Of a DNA stretch of 64,000 bases, positions 29,440 through 37,741 are shown piece by piece; the stretch's first letter is position 1; every line of letters starts with the position of its first letter. The position numbers were made by a program, and so were the translations under genes. The stretch is from an uncultured Methanosarcinales archaeon. Lineage in GTDB: Archaea; Nanobdellota; Nanobdellia; Woesearchaeales; CAYZNE01. The DNA lies in NCBI GenBank assembly GCA_964461035.1, contig CAYWRI010000002.1, positions 11,129-75,128 on the forward strand, written 5' to 3'. The notes under the pieces were generated by a model, which did not search any database, was not told where the DNA came from, and saw nothing but the letters and a program-made list of their open reading frames with translations.

Positions 29440-31270
29440 TTTCTTGTGCCTCACATTCTTCTTCTGAATTATTCCATTCGCAAATAGAACATTGATCACA
29501 TTGATACTCATTACTAAGTCTATCACAATCATCTTTGTTTTGAGGACAAGTGCTACAGTAGTTAGTTAAAAAGCCCTTTTCTTCTTTATCTTCTCGTTCC
29601 CAATAACAATTTGCACCGGGTAAACAAGGATTTTGAATACAAGCATTTTTTCTTGCATAAATTTTACAATTCAAATTAGTTTGAGTTGCTTGAGCACAGG
29701 GCACACAATCATAATTTTCATCGCTATCACCACTACGTTTATCAGAATAACATTGATATTGCGGATTAGTACTACTACAAAAAGAATCAGCACTGCTATA
29801 AGGTGGACTATTAATAAAATAATTATTATAAATCTCGGCTTTAGTAGGATCTACAAAATTATATCCCAAATGTTCAGAAGTTATTTGACTATGAACTGAA
29901 TTACATATTTGTTCATACATAGTGTTGCCTCCCGCTCTCGATATGGCATCGCATTCAGCTATATCGCAAGTATTTGATGGACTGCTTTTTTCAGGATTCA
30001 CATAGTATATTTTTGAACAAGATAAGTGAGATTCTACAAAAATTGATTTTGTTGCAGGTGCAAAACCCATAATGCATATTTTTGATTCTGTTATTGGCGA
30101 ACTATAAACACCATCATTTTGAACTTGACCATTTTCTGCAAAAATAAATGAATCATAATATGATTCATATTGTTCAGGATTTGTTAGAGAAATTAAATTA
30201 TTAGGACATTTTTCTGATGACTTTTTTAGACTTATTCCAACAAATTCACAAGGATAATCTCTTGAATCATCTGTTTTTCTTGCTTTACAATATATGTCGC
30301 AGACTGTTCCCATTCCATTAACACCTAAAACGGGTCTTGACTCAATATTAAAAGAAATAGAATCAAAAGTTTCAGGAGTTGTTATTTCGTCTTCTAAGAT
30401 TTCAGGAACATCAACAAAAGTTCTTATGTACTGAGACTTATCATCACTATTACCATTCCATCCTTTCATTAAGAGCATGAACATTGCGTCTTTATCTCTT
30501 CTTTCTGGTTGTGCATAATTACTACATGATGCAAATGGTAATTTGGATTCCCAAACTTCTTTATTAAATGCTATGTCATTGGTTCTTTTAAAATAAACAG
30601 GGCCACTAATACTGCATTCACCTTTTGCATTTTTTGTTCCTGTAGCAATTTTCTTTGATTCATCAGCATAACTTGGATTATTTGATTCATCCATCCAATT
30701 AATCCTTAATTCACAATGTTCAACATCGGTCATGTTCCCATAAAATATGACTTTACCATCAGGATTTAGTCCATTTATTTCTACACCTACATTATCTCTT
30801 ACTTGATGACAGTTATGAATAACATTATTCCATTTACTAATTGGTCTTATTCCTGTAGCAGTTGCATCATTTCCCACGTTTTTATAAAATAATTGATCAG
30901 ATGATTTTGAATCTGGATCACCAGGTAGTATTTGTGAGCCTGGTGTTGTTCCATTATTATCTGATTTAGAACCACCCAAAATATTCAAATAACAGTTTTC
31001 TCCTACAACAATTTTTTCATTTTTTTCATTAAAACAATCAAGAAAACTTATTTTTATTCCCATTGCAGGCCTAACATCTGAACAAGACATTAAGGGATTA
31101 TAAGATTCACATTTAAACATTGATAAACCAAGACCTAAAGCAGAATTTATAAAATAAAGTGACACTCCAAGCACTACAAGCACTACAACCGCAGAAAGAA
31201 CTAATCCGAGTCCTGAATTCTCGCCTTTAGTATTTATTCGATGTTTCATTTTGTTATTTATCTCACACAT
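29432..31270 (-). CDS. Large pilin-like or secreted protein (612 aa) with an N-terminal hydrophobic helix and a Cys-rich C-terminus.
   Basis: N-terminus MKHRINTKGENSGLGLVLSAVVVLVVLGVSLYF. The C-terminal ~110 aa holds more than 20 Cys (CVPCAQATQTNLNCKIY...CSTCPQNKDDCD...). Confidence 0.65.
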   Translation of the reverse strand: MCEINNKMKHRINTKGENSGLGLVLSAVVVLVVLGVSLYFINSALGLGLSMFKCESYNPLMSCSDVRPAMGIKISFLDCFNEKNEKIVVGENCYLNILGGSKSDNNGTTPGSQILPGDPDSKSSDQLFYKNVGNDATATGIRPISKWNNVIHNCHQVRDNVGVEINGLNPDGKVIFYGNMTDVEHCELRINWMDESNNPSYADESKKIATGTKNAKGECSISGPVYFKRTNDIAFNKEVWESKLPFASCSNYAQPERRDKDAMFMLLMKGWNGNSDDKSQYIRTFVDVPEILEDEITTPETFDSISFNIESRPVLGVNGMGTVCDIYCKARKTDDSRDYPCEFVGISLKKSSEKCPNNLISLTNPEQYESYYDSFIFAENGQVQNDGVYSSPITESKICIMGFAPATKSIFVESHLSCSKIYYVNPEKSSPSNTCDIAECDAISRAGGNTMYEQICNSVHSQITSEHLGYNFVDPTKAEIYNNYFINSPPYSSADSFCSSTNPQYQCYSDKRSGDSDENYDCVPCAQATQTNLNCKIYARKNACIQNPCLPGANCYWEREDKEEKGFLTNYCSTCPQNKDDCDRLSNEYQCDQCSICEWNNSEEECEAQENE

Positions 31271-31326
31271 ATCTATTTACTTTTATAAATTCTAAAAATT
31301 ATAAATAAAAATTAAATATTATTTTT

Positions 31327-31584
31327 TTAGCTAGTACTTAGGATACAGCATTCCTGATTTCCAGGGCAAACCAATTCATTACCTTCATTATCATAAGAAT
31401 AATCTGCAAAAGCGCCATCACAAGATTCTCTGCACATTCCCATCTTAGAACTGCAACTTATTCCACTATCAATAGGCTTAATCATACTAACAACGAAGTA
31501 GATTATTACTCCTAAAACTAATAACCCAAGAACTGCCACTATTACTGTATGTAAACTTAAGCTCTGTGCTTTTTTATTCAACAT
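31327..31584 (-). CDS. Small Cys-rich pilin-like protein, 85 aa.
   Basis: MLNKKA|QSLSLHTVIVAVLGLLVLGVIIYFVV, then a Cys-rich tail ending ECCILSTS. Confidence 0.65.
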   Translation of the reverse strand: MLNKKAQSLSLHTVIVAVLGLLVLGVIIYFVVSMIKPIDSGISCSSKMGMCRESCDGAFADYSYDNEGNELVCPGNQECCILSTS

Positions 31585-31607
31585 TTTTTATTACCTCATT
31601 AGTTTTT

Positions 31608-31850
31608 TTAGATTGGTATGCAACATACAGGATCTTCTTCGGGGCATCCTCTCTGTCCACTTTCTAAATAGCCATCACCACACCAGCCAGAATCATCACA
31701 TCTTGCTCCAGATATTCCAGTACAACTTGTCTGATCAAAAAGTTCTCCACCTGTATTCAAAACAAGGGTTGCAAGAATTACTAGGACAAGTAATGATACT
31801 GCTGCAATAATGATTGTATTCATACTTAATCCTTGTGCTTTTTTATTCAT
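31608..31850 (-). CDS. Small Cys-rich pilin-like protein, 80 aa (tandem paralogue of 31327..31584).
   Basis: MNKKA|QGLSMNTIIIAAVSLLVLVILATLVL, then a Cys-rich tail ending PVCCIPI. Confidence 0.65.
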   Translation of the reverse strand: MNKKAQGLSMNTIIIAAVSLLVLVILATLVLNTGGELFDQTSCTGISGARCDDSGWCGDGYLESGQRGCPEEDPVCCIPI

Positions 31851-31960
31851 TTTTTCACCTCATTAATCTTTTTATGTTTAATGTAACTTAACCCATTCTT
31901 TATTTTTATTACCTTTATATATAAATTTATTGATAACTTTTATGTTTTTTTTGATATTTT

Positions 31961-32671
31961 TTACACTAAAGTCCATTCATATTCTCCATTAACTTTTTTA
32001 CATTGATATTCTATTCCATCACTTTTAATTACATTTTTTTGAAGATTTTCTTTTGTTTCTTTGCTAAATTCTTCTGTGCATTTAAACCAATAATAGTACT
32101 TTCCAGCATCTATTTTTGCACATAATAATCCTTTTGGTTTTGAATTTAATAATTGAATTATCGTGTTATCTGCAGTTGCGGTTATTGTTGTTATTGAAGT
32201 AAGATCCATTTCACTTAATATTCCATTGAAGTTTCCTAGTTTTCCATTAGGTTCAAATAAAAATGGTTCTTCAAATGTATCTGTGTCCTTAGTATATCCC
32301 TTAATAAAACAACCAAATCTATCCATAAAGTTAATTGGATATTGTTGTTCAAAAACATCTTTTGAAATATGTTCAAATTCTATGAATTTATCATAATCAA
32401 AAGTTTCAAATTTATTATCAACAACAAGTATAAATTCATAAGCAATCTTTTCAAACTGAATGTATTCTGCTGGAAATTTGTCACCTTCCACTTCTGCATC
32501 CATATAACTTTTGAATATTTCTTTTATAGAAATTATCATAGAATCTAATCCTTTTGTTATTGTTTTTGGAGAAAAATCTGATAATAATAAACTTGCAAGT
32601 ATAACGACGAATATTATGATTGTAACTACCATAGAATAATTTGCTTTTTTCTGTGAAATTATTTTCATCAT
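31961..32671 (-). CDS. Type IV pilin-like protein, 236 aa.
   Basis: MMKIISQKKANYSMVVTIIIFVVILASLLLS. Confidence 0.55.
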   Translation of the reverse strand: MMKIISQKKANYSMVVTIIIFVVILASLLLSDFSPKTITKGLDSMIISIKEIFKSYMDAEVEGDKFPAEYIQFEKIAYEFILVVDNKFETFDYDKFIEFEHISKDVFEQQYPINFMDRFGCFIKGYTKDTDTFEEPFLFEPNGKLGNFNGILSEMDLTSITTITATADNTIIQLLNSKPKGLLCAKIDAGKYYYWFKCTEEFSKETKENLQKNVIKSDGIEYQCKKVNGEYEWTLV

Positions 32672-32710
32672 TTTATTGCTCTATACTACTCTTTCATTCA
32701 TATACCTTAT

Positions 32711-32851
32711 TCATATTCGGATTAAGCCTCTTATAACATCTATAAATCCCTTGCTTGCATCTTGCTGTTGTGACATACCAACTATAATAACTATTAGGAA
32801 TAGAAGTGATAGGACTATCCAGAATACAATTGAATACATTCCTTTTTTCAT
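32711..32851 (-). CDS. Mini-pilin-like peptide (46 aa from the internal Met MKKG...). The track ORF 32711..32956 is longer.
   Basis: MKKG|MYSIVFWIVLSLLFLIVIIVGMSQQQDASKGFIDVIRGLIRI. It consists only of the signal region plus the hydrophobic helix. Confidence 0.4.
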   Translation of the reverse strand: MKKGMYSIVFWIVLSLLFLIVIIVGMSQQQDASKGFIDVIRGLIRI

Positions 32852-32936
32852 ATTATTACCTCTTTTTTTGATATTTATAATCTTTTTGATTAAATCATGC
32901 AGTTTGACGAACTTACACTTGAAAGTCAAAATTTTT

Positions 32937-34001
32937 TTATTTTTCAAATTCCACACTCATTTCACAATTCATCGATGATATCATCCATGTTTCATATGGT
33001 ACAACATACATTGCTGAGATTATTATTTTTTTTCCATTAGAACTTATATGATTTATTTCATAAAAAACAATTCCGTAGTATGTGTATTTATCTTGTTTTT
33101 TATAATCTTGAAGTGTTCCAGTTTCATAATACTCTTTGAGGTTTGCTTCAAGAACCGCAAGATGTTCCTTAATCTTTTGATCCTTAGCTTCTGTATTAGC
33201 AATTTCACCCATTCTCGTAGTTTGACTGAGCGCAAGTATATATGATTTTGAACCTTCACTTTGAGTTTCTAAAGGAATTTCGGTAACTAAGTGGGCATAT
33301 CCTAGATAACAGTTTTCAACCCAGTTTTTATATTCTGGATAGTCATCTTTGAATGAATCATGATGAAATCCCGTAATTGCAAAAAAATTAGAATAACTAC
33401 TGTAAATATTAACTACCTGATTAAAATAATGATCATCATTTCTTTTAAGATATTCTTCAATAGTTATAGTATTATCTGAACTTGTAGGAAACAATTCTTT
33501 GATATTAGTATAGTATAATATGTTCGACCAATTATTCATTTGAAAATTTTCATTAAATCTAACAACATATCTTACATGACAAAATGCATCTTTAGTAATA
33601 TCAGGATAAAACATTTTCTCTCCTTCACCAAATTCATTCCATGTTTTGACAGTTAATTTTATTAGCTCTTTTTGAGCTTCTTCTTTAGTTTCAGCCTTAG
33701 ATTTTATCATTTTTGTATTACATTCTATTGGAGGAACATTAGTTTTATCTACGTCAAACAAATAAGCTAGCAAACCAATATTTTCATCAATTTTTTTCTC
33801 TGTTCTTAATAACGCTTCAACAAAATTTTTATGAGTTTCTATTGAAGCAATACAATTAGTTTCTTCAATTTCGTCTTTAAACTTAGAACCTATTAAGCTA
33901 TTTACCAAAATCGACATTATTATGATACTTATGCAAATAATTATTATCACATTTACTATATCTTTCAAATCTGTTTCTGCTTTCTTTCTTTTAATTATCA
34001 T
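32937..34001 (-). CDS. Type IV pilin-like protein with a large C-terminal domain, 354 aa.
   Basis: MIIKRKKA|ETDLKDIVNVIIIICISIIIMSILV. Confidence 0.55.
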   Translation of the reverse strand: MIIKRKKAETDLKDIVNVIIIICISIIIMSILVNSLIGSKFKDEIEETNCIASIETHKNFVEALLRTEKKIDENIGLLAYLFDVDKTNVPPIECNTKMIKSKAETKEEAQKELIKLTVKTWNEFGEGEKMFYPDITKDAFCHVRYVVRFNENFQMNNWSNILYYTNIKELFPTSSDNTITIEEYLKRNDDHYFNQVVNIYSSYSNFFAITGFHHDSFKDDYPEYKNWVENCYLGYAHLVTEIPLETQSEGSKSYILALSQTTRMGEIANTEAKDQKIKEHLAVLEANLKEYYETGTLQDYKKQDKYTYYGIVFYEINHISSNGKKIIISAMYVVPYETWMISSMNCEMSVEFEK

Positions 34002-34010
34002 TTTTAAACA

Positions 34011-35123
34011 TTAACCCATTGGAAGGTAAAGTCCCTGAAATTTTGCGATTTCAGTTTCAGGACGTAGTATTTGTAAATTATACGGGATGGCAACCAGCAA
34101 ATTCATGTTTATTATGTTACCCGCTAAGGTGCTTGTTTCAGCAACTAAATATTCCACATTTATATTATATTGAATGGTAGTATCTATTTTATTATCTCTA
34201 TTTTCTCCTATTACCATTTGTTTTAGATTATTTTTAAAATTAAATGCGGCCACATTTTGTTCTGAAATAGTTTTAATTCTTTCCATATATCTTTCAACCA
34301 TAAGATTATAATTATCTAAGAATACCGAGTCATCAATTTTTTTATCTGGAGCAAAGGGTGCAAGATATTTTTTTCTAAAATAGTCTGCATAAAACATATC
34401 ATCTGTATCTTTTGTTTTTAGAATACTTGCAAAATTATATAATTCCGTTAATTCAGTATTTAAAAATACTTTTGAATCAAAGTTAAAAGATACACAGGGT
34501 TTTGCCATAATCATGTTGCTTGGTTCAATACCTGATAGGTTTACTAGTTTTTCAGTTCCTGCACCCATAATTGATTTACCGTTTATTATTTCTTTAATAA
34601 CGTCTACACTATAAACATCTGCAGGTGAACTGATGGCGGTTTGTTTCATGAGTTTCATTGTTATTTCATTAACATCTCCTTTAAAGTTTACAACCGCTCT
34701 TGATATTAACATACTATCAACATAATAAATATTATCGCATAGTTTCATTTCCTGTAATATTATAGAGTATACTGCGTATTCTCTTTCTTTCTCTTCAGGA
34801 AAATAAATATGCTCATTTTTTAGTTTTTGAATTTCTTTTGAATACGAATAAGTAAATATTTTTTCTTTCTTATCACTTAAAAGATCATATTTAACTGCCT
34901 CTTTTTCTCCAAACTTAAGAATATATTCATGACAAGTACTAAAACCTACAGGAACTCCTTTTGCTGACAGTGCGATTTGTGTTTTACAAGCTTGATAGTT
35001 CGTATTGTTTGTAATCAGAGTTATTATCATGATTGATAAACCAATTAAAATAAGAGCTCCAATGAAAAGCAATATTATCTTTACTGAGCTGTCAATCATT
35101 GCTTTTTTTGTTTTTAATTTCAT
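34011..35123 (-). CDS. Type IV pilin-like protein with a large C-terminal domain, 370 aa.
   Basis: MKLKTKKA|MIDSSVKIILLFIGALILIGLSIMIITLI. Confidence 0.55.
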   Translation of the reverse strand: MKLKTKKAMIDSSVKIILLFIGALILIGLSIMIITLITNNTNYQACKTQIALSAKGVPVGFSTCHEYILKFGEKEAVKYDLLSDKKEKIFTYSYSKEIQKLKNEHIYFPEEKEREYAVYSIILQEMKLCDNIYYVDSMLISRAVVNFKGDVNEITMKLMKQTAISSPADVYSVDVIKEIINGKSIMGAGTEKLVNLSGIEPSNMIMAKPCVSFNFDSKVFLNTELTELYNFASILKTKDTDDMFYADYFRKKYLAPFAPDKKIDDSVFLDNYNLMVERYMERIKTISEQNVAAFNFKNNLKQMVIGENRDNKIDTTIQYNINVEYLVAETSTLAGNIINMNLLVAIPYNLQILRPETEIAKFQGLYLPMG

Positions 35124-35251
35124 TTTGGAACCATCTTTTGTAATATTCCTTTAATTATTAAGAATGCGAGAAACCCAATCAATAATGAAATTATAAGTGT
35201 TGCAATTGTTTCCTTTAATTCTGCTTTCTTGTTTGCATTTTTTTTATTCAT
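35120..35251 (-). CDS. Mini-pilin-like peptide, 43 aa. Not in the supplied track. It overlaps the start of the downstream gene (ATGA).
   Basis: My own translation gives MNKKNANKKA|ELKETIATLIISLLIGFLAFLIIKGILQKMVPK*. It is the first gene of the minus-strand pilin operon, and its stop overlaps the ATG at 35123. Confidence 0.45.
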   Translation of the reverse strand: MNKKNANKKAELKETIATLIISLLIGFLAFLIIKGILQKMVPK

Positions 35252-35375
35252 ATTAAACCATTTCTCATTTATATCCTATCTACACTATCATCCTTAATTA
35301 TATTATTTATAAAATTTATTGTATTTTACTTAATCGAACCCAAACAATTATAAATAATTCTGCTTCTCTAAATAT

Positions 35376-35954
35376 ATGAAATTCGAGTTTTCAAAAAAAG
35401 AATTAATGGATTTGTTTATCACTGCACTCATGCTTGCACTTGCATTTTCTTTTCTATTTAAAGGAATTTCTTTAGATGTAATCTTAATATTTCCTTTAAT
35501 GTTACTTGTAGTGTTATTTAGTTTTATTATTCATGAAATTGCTCATAAATATTTTGCTCAAAAATATCATTATATTGCAGAATTCAGAGCAAACTTTAAA
35601 TTTCTTATAGTCACAGTTTTATTAAGCTTAATAGGTTACATTGTTGCTGCTCCAGGAGCAGTTTACACTATAGGACCTGACAACAAAAGAAAACAGGGAA
35701 TTATCGCATTAGCAGGACCTGCTTCAAATATTTTTTTAGCAGCATTATTTTTAATATTAACTATTTTAACACCAATATCTTATCTAAATTCTGTTTTTTC
35801 ACACATTTATTTTATTAATGCTATTTTAGGATTGTTTAATATGCTTCCAGCTCCAGGATTTGACGGTCACAAAGTTTGGAAGTGGAATAAACTTATTTTC
35901 TTTTCTTCAGGGTTATTGGCTCTAGCCCTTTGGAGTGTTTTGTTATTATCTTAG
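35376..35954 (+). CDS. Site-2-protease-like zinc metalloprotease (M50 family), polytopic membrane protein.
   Basis: HEIAH sits inside a TM helix, and the downstream motif FNMLPAPGFDGHK matches the M50 NxxPxxxLDG signature. Confidence 0.65.
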   Translation: MKFEFSKKELMDLFITALMLALAFSFLFKGISLDVILIFPLMLLVVLFSFIIHEIAHKYFAQKYHYIAEFRANFKFLIVTVLLSLIGYIVAAPGAVYTIGPDNKRKQGIIALAGPASNIFLAALFLILTILTPISYLNSVFSHIYFINAILGLFNMLPAPGFDGHKVWKWNKLIFFSSGLLALALWSVLLLS

Positions 35955-36069
35955 ACATATTATTCTAAGCAGTCTTGCACAATAGAAAACTATATAAAAC
36001 ATTTAAACTCCAGTATATTAAAAAGGGTGAGAAGATTAAAAAGATAGAAATATGTCGAGAGTGTGAAAT

Positions 36070-36699
36070 ATGGTCAAATTAGGTTTTTTATTAAAAAAAT
36101 TTTTCAGAAGTATATTTAAAGGTAGAAGAGATATAAAACTGGGTTTATATGGCCCGCCAAATGGTGGAAAAACAACTTTAGCTAACACAATTTGTAAAGA
36201 TTGGCTTGGTGAAGAGATGGGTTCTGTTTCTAATGTTGCTCATGAAACAAGAGAAGTTCAAATAAAAGAAGAAGTCACCATAAAAAATAAAGCTGGAAAA
36301 GAATTAAAATTTAATCTGGTTGATACTCCAGGAATTGCTACAAAAATAGATTATGAAGATTTTCTGAAATCTGGAATGAAAGAAGCTAAAGCAAAAGAAA
36401 GGGCAAAAGAGGCAACCAAAGGAGTTATTGATTCAATAAAATGGCTTGATGATATGGATGCAGTAATAGTTGTTTTAGATAGTACAATAGATCCATATAG
36501 TCAGGTAAACATAACTATAATGGGAAATTTGCAGGCAAGAGATATTCCTGTTCTTGTTGTAGGAAATAAAGTAGACTTGAAAAAAGCAAATCTTAAGAAA
36601 CTTCAAGCAGCATTCCCTCAATATGATGTTATAGGAATTAGTGCTAAATATGGAAAAAATATAGAAGAACTATATGATTCAATTTTTAAATTAGTTTAA
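36070..36699 (+). CDS. Small P-loop GTPase (Ras/Arf-like superfamily).
   Basis: G1 GPPNGGKTT, G3 DTPG, G4 NKVD. Confidence 0.7.
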   Translation: MVKLGFLLKKFFRSIFKGRRDIKLGLYGPPNGGKTTLANTICKDWLGEEMGSVSNVAHETREVQIKEEVTIKNKAGKELKFNLVDTPGIATKIDYEDFLKSGMKEAKAKERAKEATKGVIDSIKWLDDMDAVIVVLDSTIDPYSQVNITIMGNLQARDIPVLVVGNKVDLKKANLKKLQAAFPQYDVIGISAKYGKNIEELYDSIFKLV

Positions 36700-36715
36700 A
36701 AGAGCGTGAGAAAAG

Positions 36716-37102
36716 ATGTTAACATTTCAATTTGTACCATATGAGGATATAAGAGGACTTGATTCAGATCAGAGAATAAAGCGACTTTTAAGCATGGTTA
36801 AATCAGAAAAAATAATTCTGTTAGCAGGTCATCTTAAAAGTCAAGAAGAGGCAGAACTAATAAAAAGAACAATGGAAGCAATATCTAAAACCTTTAAAGG
36901 AATAGAGATAGGTTCTATTTCTCCAAGACATGCTAACAAGTTTAAAGAATTTTTGCTCAGAACTTTTTTCGGTGAAGAAACAGGATTTACAATTATAGGT
37001 CCTGCATCTGTAATAAAAGAAATAAAACAAGATCCAGGTAAAATTCAATTATTTATGAATGAAGCTGAAGGAAAAAAATCTATTAATAAGAGAAAAAGAT
37101 AA
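36716..37102 (+). CDS. Small conserved protein, DUF2073-like, that partners the GTPase.
   Basis: 128 aa, directly downstream of the GTPase and upstream of the Zn-ribbon gene. The family assignment is from memory of this conserved archaeal trio and was not verified. Confidence 0.4.
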   Translation: MLTFQFVPYEDIRGLDSDQRIKRLLSMVKSEKIILLAGHLKSQEEAELIKRTMEAISKTFKGIEIGSISPRHANKFKEFLLRTFFGEETGFTIIGPASVIKEIKQDPGKIQLFMNEAEGKKSINKRKR

Positions 37103-37103
37103 A

Positions 37104-37490
37104 ATGCCACATCAATGTGTTAAATGCGGAGAAATATATGATTCTGGTACAGATGTTATTCTAAAAGGATGTAGAAAATGTGGTGGAAAGATGTTCTTTT
37201 TTATTAAAAAAGATGCATTAGCTAAAAGAAAAAATATTGTTAAAAATCTTTCTGAAGAAGAAAAAATTCAAATAGAAAAAGATGTTTATGACATTATGGG
37301 TGAAGATATAGATAAGGAAAAGCCTATAATACTTGATATTGAATCAATAAACATTCTTAAACCAGGAAAATATGAACTCGACCTTGTTAATCTCTTCAAG
37401 AAAAAACAACCACTGATTTATAAACTCGAAGATGGCAAATATATTATTGATTTAATTGAAACTTTTAATAAATTTCTAGGTAAAAAGTGA
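37104..37490 (+). CDS. Zn-ribbon protein (DUF2072-like).
   Basis: MPHQCVKCGE...GCRKCGG gives a CxxC...CxxC ribbon. The start is adjusted to the ATG immediately after the upstream stop. Confidence 0.5.
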   Translation: MPHQCVKCGEIYDSGTDVILKGCRKCGGKMFFFIKKDALAKRKNIVKNLSEEEKIQIEKDVYDIMGEDIDKEKPIILDIESINILKPGKYELDLVNLFKKKQPLIYKLEDGKYIIDLIETFNKFLGKK

Positions 37491-37741
37491 ATTAATATTG
37501 TTAATTATAGTTAACTATCACACATTACTAAAATACTTGAGGTGAACTTACGAAAAAAATATTTTTAGTATTACTTTGTTTAGCAGTTTTATTAGTTTCT
37601 GGTTGTGGTCATCAAACAACTATTAACAATAATGAAACTGAGAGTGTTGTTCCTTCAACAGAACTTCTTGTAAATGCATTAAATACTATTGAGTTTCCTG
37701 AGGTTCATGGCGAATTAAAACTTCCTGCTTTTTTCACTTCT

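Noticed and set aside
32676-33259. Plus-strand ORFs 32676..32978 and 33048..33245, and the minus-strand ORF 33053..33259
   Set aside because: They overlap the better-supported minus-strand pilin-like genes, and their sequences are low-complexity.
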